Shown: in pieces, positions 18,079 to 27,554 of the stretch
How the letters are laid out: the number at the start of each line of letters is the position of its first letter
Numbering within the stretch: the stretch's first letter is position 1
The notes under the pieces: model-generated
What the model was told of the DNA's origin: nothing
The model's input: only the letters and a program-made list of their open reading frames with translations
The model's database searches: none
From: an uncultured Gammaproteobacteria bacterium
Lineage (GTDB): Bacteria > Pseudomonadota > Gammaproteobacteria > SURF-13
Direction: 5' to 3'
DNA: 53,428 bases
Assembly: GCA_963925015.1 (NCBI GenBank)
Contig: CAWUTX010000021.1
Location: 1 to 53,428, forward strand
Position numbers and translations under genes: made by a program

Positions 18079-19494
18079 ATGCATTCAGCAGCACACGGGA
18101 GATCACGGCTGGCGTACGGGTGTCTGTCTGCGCTTGCAGTGGCTTTATCCGTTAGCATTCCGGCGGCGGCGGATACGACAGATCCATTCGCCACCGGCGG
18201 CCTCGTAGCACCATCCCCGGCCACAAGCATCAACAGACCCGCGACGTTACCCTGCAACTTCAGTCATGCGGACAATGCAGCACTGACGCTGCCCGACGTG
18301 GTGGAGCGCGCACTGTGCAACAATCCGCAAACCCGTGAGGCATGGGCGAACGCGCGGGCGCAGGCGGCCCAAGTCGGTGTAAATGAGTCGGCCTTGCTGC
18401 CTTCCATCAACGCCACCGGCTCGTTAACGCACAACAACACCAGCAACACCACCAGCAATCAGGAGAGCGTCGGCCTGTCGCTCACTTATTTGCTGTACGA
18501 TTTTGGCGGCCGCGACGCCACACTGGAAAATGCCAGACAGGTACTGGCCGCGGTCAATGCCACGCAGGACGCCACACTCCAGTCGGTATTTCTGGCAGCG
18601 GTGCAGGCGTACTACCAGCTCTTTGCCACACAAGCGGCCGTGGATTCCGCAAACGAAGCGGAGAAATCCAGCCGCGAAAGTTTCAATGCCGCCGCCGCGC
18701 GCTACAACGTGGGCAGCGGTACGCCGGCAGATAAATTGCAGACCCAGACCGCTTACTCGCAGGCGGTGTTGAACCGCATCCGCGCCGAGGGCGATGCCAA
18801 GAACGCGCAAGGCACGCTCGCCAATGTGATGGGGCTCGATGCGAACCTGGCGTTTGCCATCGCGCCACCGCTGGCGCGATCACCCGCTGCCCGGTTCGAA
18901 GGCGATGTGGCGCGCCTGATTGAAGAGGCGCGCAGGAACCGGCCCGATCTCGCCGCCGCAGAGGCGCAAATCAAGGCCGCACAGGCCAACGTCGCGGCGG
19001 TGCAGGCGTCCGGCAGGCCCAGCATTTCGCTCACTTCCAATCTCAATCGCACCGATACGACCAGCGCCGGGCCGCTTAACAGTGCGGCGCTGGGCGTATC
19101 GGTGAGCATCCCGCTCTTTACCGGCTTCAATACCACGTACCGCACCCAGGCCGCGCAGGCTCAGGTCGAAACGCGCACGGCGCAGCGCGACCGTCTGAGT
19201 CAACAGGTCGCGCTCGACGTGTGGAAGGCGTACCAGAACCTGACCACTGAAACCCAGTCCCTGAAAACCAGCACCGACCTGTTGGCGAGCGCAGCCCAGT
19301 CGGAGCTTGTGGCGCTGGGTCGCTACAAGGCGGGGGTCGGAAACATTCTCGATGTACTGACCGCCCAGAGCGCGCTGGCAAGTGCGCGCCAACAGAATAT
19401 TCAGGCGCTGTATGCCTGGTACATCGCCAAGGCCACGCTCGCGCAGTCCGTGGGGCAACTCGACTTCGCCACTATTGATCCGTCTCAGAGATGA
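18079..19494 (+). CDS. TolC-family outer-membrane efflux protein
   Basis: Signal peptide (...VSIPAAA), then two tandem OEP repeats with the characteristic L.L.D....AL..NP......A and coiled-coil segments. The start is taken at ATG 18079 because the track start at 18049 lies inside the MITE. Confidence 0.88.
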   Translation: MHSAAHGRSRLAYGCLSALAVALSVSIPAAADTTDPFATGGLVAPSPATSINRPATLPCNFSHADNAALTLPDVVERALCNNPQTREAWANARAQAAQVGVNESALLPSINATGSLTHNNTSNTTSNQESVGLSLTYLLYDFGGRDATLENARQVLAAVNATQDATLQSVFLAAVQAYYQLFATQAAVDSANEAEKSSRESFNAAAARYNVGSGTPADKLQTQTAYSQAVLNRIRAEGDAKNAQGTLANVMGLDANLAFAIAPPLARSPAARFEGDVARLIEEARRNRPDLAAAEAQIKAAQANVAAVQASGRPSISLTSNLNRTDTTSAGPLNSAALGVSVSIPLFTGFNTTYRTQAAQAQVETRTAQRDRLSQQVALDVWKAYQNLTTETQSLKTSTDLLASAAQSELVALGRYKAGVGNILDVLTAQSALASARQQNIQALYAWYIAKATLAQSVGQLDFATIDPSQR

Positions 19495-19504
19495 TCTTTC
19501 ATAA

Positions 19505-20689
19505 ATGAATACCAAAAAATTGCTGTGGAATAAAATCGCCCTTGTCGTGGCGCTCGCGGCTATCGGCGGCACCGGATTTTTTCTGTGGCAGCAGGGGCAT
19601 CAGAAATCTTCCGGGGAACGCTACAAGACCCAGACCGCTGAGACGGGCGACATCACGCAGACGGTTTCGGCGAACGGTACCCTGAATCCGGTGGTTCTGG
19701 TCAGCGTGGGAACGCAGGTGTCGGGCACGGTGAAGAAGCTCTACGTGGACTTCAACGACCGGGTGCAGCAGGGCCAGATTTTGATGGAGCTCGACGCCTC
19801 TCTGTTTCAGGCGCAGACGAAACAGAGCGAGGCCAACGTGAGCAACGCCCAGGCGACGCTTGACCTCGCTACCGCGAACGCAGCCAGAAGTCGCAGTCTC
19901 TACGCACAGGAGTACATCTCGAAACAAGAGCTCGATCAGTCGGTGCAGGCGCTGAAATCCGCCCGCGCCCAGCGTGCGCTGGCACAGGCGCAGTTTGAGA
20001 AAGACCGCATCAATCTCGGCTATAGCGTCATCCGCTCGCCGGTGTCCGGTGTGGTGGTCGCGCGCGAAGTGGATGTGGGGCAGACCGTGGCGGCGAGCTT
20101 CCAGACCCCGACCTTGTTCAAGATCGCGCAGGATTTGCAGAAGATGCAAATCGACTCCAGCTTCGCCGAGGCGGACGTCGGCAATGTCAAAGAAGGTCAA
20201 ACGGTGCGTTTCACCGTCGATGCCTTTCCAAACCGTTCTTTCAAGGGCATCGTCAGACAGGTGCGGCTCAATCCCACCACGCAACAGAACGTAGTCACCT
20301 ATAACGTGGTGGTAGGTGTGGATAATCCTGAGCAAATCCTGCTGCCCGGCATGACCGCCTACGTCAACATCGTCGTGGCGAGCCGCAAGAATGTGCTGCT
20401 GGTGCCAAACGCGGCGCTGCGCTTCAAGCCGCAGGACCCCGCCGCCAAGGACGACAAACGCAAAGGCAAAGACGACAAACGCGAAGCCGCCGTGGGTGCT
20501 GTTTATGTGCTGGAAAATAATCAGCTCAAGCCCGTGACCCTCTCCATCGGCATCACCGACAACCGTTCCACCGAAGTGCTTTCCGGAGATCTTAAAGCCG
20601 GAAACACTGTGGTGGTGGAAGACACCCAGCTCACCGGCGGCGCGAATCAGAATCAATCTTCCGGCACGCTCAGAATGCGCATGTTCTGA
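19505..20689 (+). CDS. macA: efflux periplasmic adaptor, MacA-like
   Basis: N-terminal anchor. GTLNPV..V.VG.QVSG.V.KLYVDFND.V..GQ....LD, a coiled-coil hairpin, I.SP..GVV..R.VD.GQTV, F.G.V..V..NPT...NVVTY.V. Confidence 0.88.
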   Translation: MNTKKLLWNKIALVVALAAIGGTGFFLWQQGHQKSSGERYKTQTAETGDITQTVSANGTLNPVVLVSVGTQVSGTVKKLYVDFNDRVQQGQILMELDASLFQAQTKQSEANVSNAQATLDLATANAARSRSLYAQEYISKQELDQSVQALKSARAQRALAQAQFEKDRINLGYSVIRSPVSGVVVAREVDVGQTVAASFQTPTLFKIAQDLQKMQIDSSFAEADVGNVKEGQTVRFTVDAFPNRSFKGIVRQVRLNPTTQQNVVTYNVVVGVDNPEQILLPGMTAYVNIVVASRKNVLLVPNAALRFKPQDPAAKDDKRKGKDDKREAAVGAVYVLENNQLKPVTLSIGITDNRSTEVLSGDLKAGNTVVVEDTQLTGGANQNQSSGTLRMRMF

Positions 20690-21405
20690 TGAGCCCCGAC
20701 GCTGTCATCCGTGTAGAAAGGCTGTGCAAACAGTACGAGACCGCAGCAGGCGCCGTGCCGGCGCTTAAAGACGTCAGCCTCACCATTGCCCCCGGCGAAT
20801 TTGTCGCCGTGATGGGCCCGTCAGGTTCGGGCAAGTCCACCTTCATGAACATCCTGGGGTGTCTCGATACGCCCACCAGCGGCAGCTATGTGCTCAACGG
20901 CAAGGACGTCGGCACGTTGAACAGCGACCAGTTGGCACAGCTCAGAAACAAAGTGATCGGTTTCGTGTTTCAGGGTTTCAATCTGCTGCCGCGCGCCAAT
21001 CTGGAAGATAACGTGGCGCTGCCGCTGGTCTACCGGGGGGTCAAGAAAACAATGGCGGCTACACAGGCACGCGAGATGCTTGAGAAGGTGGGCTTGAAGG
21101 GCTACAGGAATTCCATGTCCAACCAGATTTCCGGCGGGCAGCAGCAGCGCGCGGCGATTGCCCGCGCACTGGTGAACCGCCCGCGGCTCATTCTGGCGGA
21201 CGAGCCGACCGGCAATCTCGACACGGCGACAAGCCGCGAGATCATGAATCTCTTTACGCGGCTCAACAAAGAGGACGGCATCACCATCCTGCTGGTCACC
21301 CACGAACGCGACATCGCGGCTTACGCTAAACGGCTGGTGCAGTTTGTCGACGGCCGCGTGGTGCACGATGGCGCCGTGACTCATCTCGAAGCGGCGCCTG
21401 CATGA
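20689..21405 (+). CDS. MacB-type ABC ATP-binding protein (separate polypeptide)
   Basis: Walker [11 protein letters not shown]-loop, [36 protein letters not shown]-type overlap with macA and with the permease gene. Confidence 0.92.
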   Translation: MSPDAVIRVERLCKQYETAAGAVPALKDVSLTIAPGEFVAVMGPSGSGKSTFMNILGCLDTPTSGSYVLNGKDVGTLNSDQLAQLRNKVIGFVFQGFNLLPRANLEDNVALPLVYRGVKKTMAATQAREMLEKVGLKGYRNSMSNQISGGQQQRAAIARALVNRPRLILADEPTGNLDTATSREIMNLFTRLNKEDGITILLVTHERDIAAYAKRLVQFVDGRVVHDGAVTHLEAAPA

Positions 21406-22622
21406 TAGGCCCGATGCTGGCTGAGGCGTGGCATGCGATGAGCGCGAACCGCCTGCGCACATTTCTCACCATGCTCGGCATGGTGATTAGCGTCGGCGCC
21501 GTCATCCTGATGCTGGCCATCGGCCGGGGCGCGCAGTTTCAGGTGGAGCAGTCCGTCGCGTCGCTGGGCAGCAACCTGTTCATGATTTTGTCGGGCTCCT
21601 CGACCGCAGGCGGTGTGCGGCTGGGAGGCGGCGCGGCGCCCACCCTTACCCTGGGGGATGTGCAGGCCATCGCGGAGCTGCCCACCATCGCGGCGGTCGC
21701 GCCCACTGTGCCCGGCGGCGCGCAGATCGTATACGGGCAAAATAACTGGGGCACGCAGGTGCTGGGCACGACACCGAGCTATCTCGAGGTGCGCGACTGG
21801 CAACTCGACGCCGGATATCCCTTCACCGACTCGGACGTGCGCTCTGCCACGCGCGTGGCGCTGATCGGGCAGACCGTCGCAAAAAATCTGTTCGGTGAAG
21901 AGGAACCGGTCGGCAAGATGATACGCATCAAGCAGAGCCCATACCTCGTCATCGGCCTGCTCGCGGCGAAGGGACAGAGCCTGGACGGGCGCGATCAGGA
22001 CGACACCATTCTCGTTCCGGTGACCACCGCGCAACGCAAACTCTTCGGCACCCAGTTTCAGGGCACCGTGCGTTACATCATGGCGCAGGCAACTGCGCCG
22101 GAGGCCATGGCGGGCACAGAGCGGGCCTTGAACCAGTTGCTGCGCCAGCGCCATCATCTGCAAGAAGGTGCGGACAGCGATTTCAGCGTGAGAAATCTCA
22201 CCGCAGTCGCCAACACCGCAGCGGAAACCGCCCGCATCATGTCGCTCATGCTGGGCGCGATTGCCTCCATCTCGCTCGTCGTCGGCGGCATCGGCATCAT
22301 GAACATCATGCTGGTATCCGTCACCGAGCGCACACGCGAGATCGGTATCCGCATGGCCGTCGGCGCACGCCAGCGCGACATCCTGCTGCAGTTCCTGCTC
22401 GAAGCCATCATCATTTCCGTCGTCGGCTGCTTGGTGGGAGTGATACTCGGCGTAGGCGGCGCAGTGCTGGCAAATAAAATCACCGAAACCGCCGTGGTCA
22501 TCACCCTGAGCTCCGTGGTCATGGCCTTCCTCGTCGCCGCCGGCGTAGGAGTATTCTTCGGATTCTATCCCGCCAACAAAGCCGCCCGCCTGAAACCCAT
22601 CGATGCGCTGCGATACCAGTAA
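21402..22622 (+). CDS. MacB-type ABC permease (FtsX family)
   Basis: 406 aa. MacB periplasmic domain plus a C-terminal FtsX bundle (GGIGIMNIMLVSVTERTREIGIR.A.GA...DIL.QFL.EA, YPA.KAARL.PI.ALR). Confidence 0.92.
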   Translation: MIGPMLAEAWHAMSANRLRTFLTMLGMVISVGAVILMLAIGRGAQFQVEQSVASLGSNLFMILSGSSTAGGVRLGGGAAPTLTLGDVQAIAELPTIAAVAPTVPGGAQIVYGQNNWGTQVLGTTPSYLEVRDWQLDAGYPFTDSDVRSATRVALIGQTVAKNLFGEEEPVGKMIRIKQSPYLVIGLLAAKGQSLDGRDQDDTILVPVTTAQRKLFGTQFQGTVRYIMAQATAPEAMAGTERALNQLLRQRHHLQEGADSDFSVRNLTAVANTAAETARIMSLMLGAIASISLVVGGIGIMNIMLVSVTERTREIGIRMAVGARQRDILLQFLLEAIIISVVGCLVGVILGVGGAVLANKITETAVVITLSSVVMAFLVAAGVGVFFGFYPANKAARLKPIDALRYQ

Positions 22623-22816
22623 TAATGGGCTGGTTTCATCTGGGACTTAATATCCCGCCTCACGTCCTGATGTCAGGAAAAAAAGAATATTGTATGCGCT
22701 ACCAAGCTAATGTATTGACCGGCTTGAAAGCTAACGCGCGAGGGTGCAAAGTGACGCAATACAAGGCCGCATAGGCGGTCTATTTCTAGTTAGCCATAGC
22801 ATTTTGGGACAGATTC

Positions 22817-23221
22817 ATGGAAACGATTCTGGCAATCAACACCGACCTCAAGTACGTCGAATACCTGTTACATGTATTGGATACTTATCCAGACGCAACG
22901 ACTCTCAAGACAATACGGGAAGAATTTGAAAAACGATTTTCAACGCGACACGTACTATTGAATCAGAACTTCGGAATCTACAGGCTGCTACCGCTCATCC
23001 TCATAAAAGAGGAACACAAAAAGGACAGAAAAGATCTGGCAGGAGTAATCGAGCAGATTAAGGTCATACGAGATTCTATCGCTCATAATAGCTTTTCAAT
23101 CGACGAGAATGGGTATCACTTCAAGAATGACAAGAGGAGTATCTCTCTGACATATGAGCTTCCCCCTGTTTTCCGTCTTCCAAAGGGCGGGGTTCATGCT
23201 GCCAAGTTCTGCCCGTGCTGA
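22817..23221 (+). pseudogene. low-GC orphan ORF with an R-x4-H (HEPN-like) motif, 3' end replaced by the IS3 terminus
   Basis: 113 native codons (to 23154) contain IKVIRDSIAHNSF, i.e. an R..x4..H motif in a helical context. From 23155 the reading frame runs through the IS3 left inverted repeat (tail ELPPVFRLPKGG...). Confidence 0.45.
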
Positions 23222-24085
23222 GCGCTGATCCAGTCCGCAAGGAACTGAACCGGCGATTGGCTCTTGAGCGTGGAGTGGCGGCGACTCCGGTTGTAGAACA
23301 CCTCGATGTACTCGAACAGGTCGGCGATGGCCGCTTCGCGTGTTCTGTAGCGCGTGCCATGCACCCGTTCGTTCTTGAGACTGTTGAAGAAACTCATCGT
23401 CGGCGCGTTGTCCCAGCAGTTGCCCTTGCGGCTCATGGAGCAGATCATGCCGTACCCGGCCAGCTTGGCCTGAAACACGCCACTCGCGTACTGGCTGCCC
23501 CGATCCGAATGGTGCATCAGGCCGGGCAGAGGCCGACGCCGGAACCAGGCCATGGTCAGCGCATCCACGACGATGTCCGCCGTCATGCGCGGCTTGATCG
23601 AGAAGCCCACGACCTCGCGATTGAACAGATCGAGCACCACCGCCAGGTACAGCCAGCCTTCGTCCGTCCAGATATAGGTCAGGTCGGCCGTCCAGACTCG
23701 ATTGGGCGCTTCCGGCGAGAAGTTCCAATCCAGCAGGTTGTCCGCCACCGGCAGCGAATGCCGCGAGTTCGTGGTCGCTTTGTAACGGCGCTTGTGCCGG
23801 GCCCGGAGGCCGTTCTCGCGCATCAGCCGCTCCACCCGTGCCTTAGCCGCCGGGAAGCCGCGATCCCGCAGTTCATCCACCCTCCGTGGGCTACCCGTAG
23901 GCGCCCTTGAACCCCACGTGTAGGGCCCGGATCAGCGCCAGCAGTTGGGCATCGGTCAGGCGAAGGCGGTGGTGCTCACCGCCCCGTTTCTAGGCCCGGT
24001 AACCGCTGATGCTCACCGCGAGCTTGCCGCACAGCGCGGGCAGCGGGTACTGCCGGCGGTGCCGATCAATCCAGGCGTACTTCAC
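23194..24085 (-). pseudogene. IS3 orfB (DDE transposase core), inactivated
   Basis: The C-terminal 228 aa are intact (WTADLTYIWT..GWLYLAVVLDLF.REVVG, HHSDRGSQY, CWDNA..ESFF..LK.E). The upstream part has an in-frame TAG at 23990-23992 (SGYRA*KRGG) and a 1-nt frameshift near 23891-23897 (AYG/SPRRVDEL). Confidence 0.85.
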
Positions 24086-24111
24086 AGCACATCTCTGGCG
24101 AAGTACGCCGT

Positions 24112-25340
24112 GGTGGGCTCAACCGATCGTTGCAACACTGGCCTCAAGTCTATCGGCAGGCGAGTAAAAGTTCAAAGTCTTCCGAGGGCGCTGATTTAAA
24201 CGTAGAGCGACCTTGTTCAAGTCCGATTGCGAGTAGCCGGAGAGATTAGTGTCTTTCGGGAAGTACTGGCGTAGCAAGCGGTTGGTATTTTCATTGGTGC
24301 CCCGCTGCCAAGGGCTTTGGGGGTCGCAGAAGTAGACTTGCACGTCCGTTGCGACGGTAAATTTCTTGTGGTGCGCCATCTCCATGCCGCGATCCCACGT
24401 CAATGATCGACGCAGTTCGGAAGGCATCTTGCGGGCTTGCTTGCTCAGTGCGGTCACCACGCCGGCGGTGTCCTTGCCCTGTACCTTCACCAGCATCGTG
24501 AATCGCGAATGACGCTCCACGAGCGTCGCAATATGGGTGTTCTTCGAACCGGTTATCAAATTACCTTCCCAATGGCCGGGAATCGCACGGTCTTCAACGT
24601 CCGCCGGGCGTTCGCGGATGGACACCCCATCCACGATCTGCCCACGCGGCTAGCCATCCGTGCTAGCGTTCTTTGACCGCTGCATCATGCGCCTGGATCG
24701 CAGATGCCCAACCAATTCTTTCCTGAGCACGCCCCGGGCTTGAATGAATAGGCTACGGTAAATGGTCTCGTGGGACACCCGCATGCTTTCATCATTTGGA
24801 AATTTCAGTTTGAGCCACCCGGCTATTTGCTCAGGGGACCAATCCAGCTTCAGTTTATGCGCTACGATCCTTCGTAGCCTGTCATGCGTGGCGAGCCGAC
24901 ACGGCTTGGGGCGCCGTGCTTGATCCCAGGCCTGCGCCTCTGCAGCAGAGGCACGATACGTATTTCGACCACCGTGTCGTTCGATTTCGCGGCTCACTGT
25001 CGACGGTGGTCTATCCATCATGGCGGCTATCTGAAGGATCGAGGAGTCAGTCGCAATGCCACGGGATATCTCTTCACGCTCCGAAAGAGTAAGCGCCCAG
25101 CGCGAACGGCGACGGACTGCGGGGATGATCCCGCCGTTAGATGACACAACGCCGTGAATCGCCCCCGCGTGCTTGCCGAGTGCACGACCGATATCACTCA
25201 AAGACTGCCCGCTTTTCCACCTTTGCCACAGCTCCGCCTTCTGGGAAGCAGACAGTCCTGGCCGCCCCATTTGTGCCATATACACCACCCTCCAAATCTA
25301 AATTAAAACAGATGGTGTTGCACTGACCGGTTGAGCCCAC
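24112..25340 (-). mobile_element. IS30-family insertion sequence inserted into IS3 orfA
   Basis: Terminal IRs (G)GTGGGCTCAACCG.TC.(G)TGCAACAC at both ends. It is flanked by a CGT direct repeat. Removing it restores ...EILKKATAYFA... of the IS3 element. Confidence 0.88.
24119..25288 (-). pseudogene. IS30-family transposase split by an in-frame TAG
   Basis: N-terminal HTH part (24650-25288) and DDE part (24119-24634) are in the same frame, separated by TAG at 24650-24652 (...STDG*PRGQIVDGVSIRERP). GHWEGNLI stands where I recall the family consensus as GHWEGDLI. Confidence 0.85.
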
Positions 25341-25606
25341 CGTCGCTTTTTTAGGATCTCGTTCTCCATCGTGAGGCGCGCATTCTCGCTGCGCACGCGT
25401 GACAGCTCCATCTGCTCAGCGCTCACCCCCTTGCGGCCAAGCGCATTAAGCCGACCTTTCTCGGCCGCCTTGACCCCGTTGCGCAGGGTCTGGTCCACCC
25501 GCCCCAGCTCCCGCGCCACCTGGGCGATCGCTTCACCACCACTCACACGCTTGACCGCCAGTTCCTTGAACTCGGCGGTATACTCTTGCCTTGGTATCTT
25601 GAACAT
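25298..25606 (-). pseudogene. IS3 orfA (HTH transposase subunit), 3' end displaced by the IS30 insertion
   Basis: YTAEFK..AV......G..I.QVARELG....TLRN.V plus a leucine-zipper segment. The reading frame leaves IS3 sequence at 25341 and ends inside the IS30 IR. Confidence 0.85.
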
Positions 25607-25673
25607 CTGCTTCCTCCGCTTGCATCTATCTTATCCGCTTACCATTGGAAGACGAAATTCGAGGGGAAGCTCA

Positions 25674-26262
25674 GGGGCCGGGCGTCCGGAAAAGCGGGTA
25701 AATGCAAGGTCGAAGCTTCCCCAAAAGAAATCCACAGGACTGCATTTGCCGATAAAACCGGTACGGAATTCCTTGAATACGCGGTCTGCTTGCACTAGGG
25801 CACGCCAAAATTTATTGGCATACTCTGCGTCATAGGATGCATGATTATGATCTCTCTCGAAAGGGATGGCATCGGCAACTTCATTGGGAGTGGTGTGGAT
25901 ATTTACGTCGAGGCCGAGTTCGGCCAGGTTGGAAAACAGCTCTAGGTAAAAAGTGGTTGCAGTGCCATGGTCTTAACCGACCCGTCGCTGGTCTGGATCA
26001 AAAGCCGGTGGTCGATAAAGTCGAAATCAATCTGAAACATGCGCGTACCGTGTGGGATGGGCGAAGTTGTCAGGCCGCGCGCCGTTACGTAGAGGGTCAC
26101 GTGCCAGGCATGATTAATCCACGGCGTCTGGACGAGCCGGATTTTGCCTACAGTCTGCGTCCACATATGTAGCGTCGTGTAGGTGTCCTTCGATGCGTCG
26201 AAGGACAAGCTTGGCCACTGCTCGGACCGGGGTGCATTGTTCGATAAATTTGAGTGAGGCAT
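25674..26262 (-). pseudogene. DUF5996-family gene, frameshifted and 3'-truncated by IS3
   Basis: The N-terminal 106 aa (TLHMWTQTVGKIRL..TPW.NH.WHVTLYVTARGLTTSPIPHG...F.IDFDFIDH.L) match DUF5996 as recalled. After the A5 run at 25948-25952 the protein continues in another frame (LELFSNLAELGLDV...FWRALVQADRVFKEFRTGFIGKCSPVDFFWGSFDLAFTRFSGRPAP). It ends abruptly at the IS3 right end. Confidence 0.75.
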
Positions 26263-26277
26263 GGGTTTCTCCGCGAG

Positions 26278-27525
26278 TTAGCACATTGTGATATCCCTCG
26301 CCAGTCGGATGCCAGAAAACTGCCAGCAGGCATGGGCGGGAAAGAAATTGCGATAGCTCGGACGGATGTGCTCTGAAGGTGTGGCGCAGGATCCCCCCCG
26401 CAGCAAATACTGGTTCACCATGAACTTGCTGTTGTACTCACCTATTGCTCCCTGTGCCGGATAAAAGCCCGGATAGGCGGAATAGCTTGACTGCGTCCAT
26501 TCCCATGTATCGCCGTAGATCTGGACAAGACCGGCGCTAACCGCAGCAGCGGGGTGAAAGCGGTTGTTGTTGGCGAAGTTTCCACTGATTTGTTGCTGAG
26601 AGGCCGCATGCTCCCACTCAGCTTCAGTGGGCAGTCGGGCGCCGAACCATCGCGCGTAGGCGTCGGCCTCATAGTAGGAAACATGGACGACTGGCAGATT
26701 GAGATCCAGCGGCAGGACGCCTCCGAGGGTGAATTCCATCCATCCAGCATCCTTGCCGAGCCAGTAGAGGGGATGGCTGTGCTGGTTGATCTTGATCCAG
26801 TCCCATGCTTCCGACAGCCAGAGTGCTGGATCCTCGTAGCCGCCCGCATCGACGAACTGGAGATACTCACCGTTGGTGACGAGGCGCGAAGCCATCTGGT
26901 GGGGCTGAATATATTCCTTGTGTCGCGGCGACTCGTTGTCGTAACTGAATCCTTCTCCTGCGTGGCCGATCTGCACGGTGCCCCCCTCGAAATCATGCCA
27001 TTCCAGCGCGGTGGGCGGCGCGGGAGGGTATGATTCCGGCGTTTGGTAGCACGGCTTCAGCGGGTTTTGCGAGAATAGGTGTTTGATATCGGTCAGCATG
27101 AGTTCCTGATGCTGTTGTTCGTGATTCAGGCCGAGAACCGTCAGGCTGCGTAGCGCGTCATCATTGGCGGGTCGTTCCAGTAGCCGCCGCATACGTTCAT
27201 CGACATTCCTGCGATAGTCCCGGACTGCGGGCAATGGGGGCCGAGTAAGCAGTCCGCGTTGAGGGCGGGAATGCTTTTCACCGACTGCATTGTAGTAAGA
27301 GTTGAACATCACCCGGAAAGCCTTGTGGAAAGGCTCGAAAGACGCTTCGTAACGCTCCAGCACAAAGGTTTCGAAGAACCATGTGGTATGGCCTAGGTGC
27401 CACTTGATGGGGCTGGCATCCGGCATCGACTGGACACAGCAATCCTCGGCGGACAAGGGTGTGGCCAAGGCCATGGTCCGGTCGCGGATCTCGGTATATT
27501 TCGACCATAAGGCTGAAGGGGTCAC
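26278..27525 (-). CDS. egtB: ergothioneine biosynthesis sulfoxide synthase EgtB (DinB_2 + FGE-sulfatase domains)
   Basis: WHLGHTTWFFE and LNHEQQHQEL iron-ligand motifs. The C-terminal FGE-like domain has V.V.YYEA.AYA.W.G.RLPTE.EWE and G..WEWT.S.Y..YPGF, LRGGS..T. Confidence 0.88.
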   Translation of the reverse strand: MTPSALWSKYTEIRDRTMALATPLSAEDCCVQSMPDASPIKWHLGHTTWFFETFVLERYEASFEPFHKAFRVMFNSYYNAVGEKHSRPQRGLLTRPPLPAVRDYRRNVDERMRRLLERPANDDALRSLTVLGLNHEQQHQELMLTDIKHLFSQNPLKPCYQTPESYPPAPPTALEWHDFEGGTVQIGHAGEGFSYDNESPRHKEYIQPHQMASRLVTNGEYLQFVDAGGYEDPALWLSEAWDWIKINQHSHPLYWLGKDAGWMEFTLGGVLPLDLNLPVVHVSYYEADAYARWFGARLPTEAEWEHAASQQQISGNFANNNRFHPAAAVSAGLVQIYGDTWEWTQSSYSAYPGFYPAQGAIGEYNSKFMVNQYLLRGGSCATPSEHIRPSYRNFFPAHACWQFSGIRLARDITMC

Positions 27526-27554
27526 AGAGGCTCCCTTATGAACTCAAGCGGCGA

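Larger units (their letters stand above)
23155..25673 (-). mobile_element. IS3-family insertion sequence (decayed), interrupted by an IS30-family element
   Basis: Imperfect terminal IRs: TGAGCTTCCCCCTGTTTTCCGTCTTCCAAAGG (23155-) versus the reverse complement of CCATTGGAAGACGAAATTCGAGGGGAAGCTCA (-25673). orfA (HTH) and orfB (DDE integrase core) are on the minus strand. An A6G slippery motif sits at 25346-25352. Confidence 0.9.

Noticed and set aside
22650-22685. Possible terminator hairpin TCCTGATGTCAGGA after the ABC permease.
   Set aside because: The loop is only about 2 nt, and the hairpin is followed by an A-run rather than a U-tract on the relevant strand.
22744-22929. 61-aa ORF overlapping the start of the HEPN-like gene.
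   Set aside because: It is out of frame with the better ORF and covers the shared leader. Its composition is implausible and it has no RBS.
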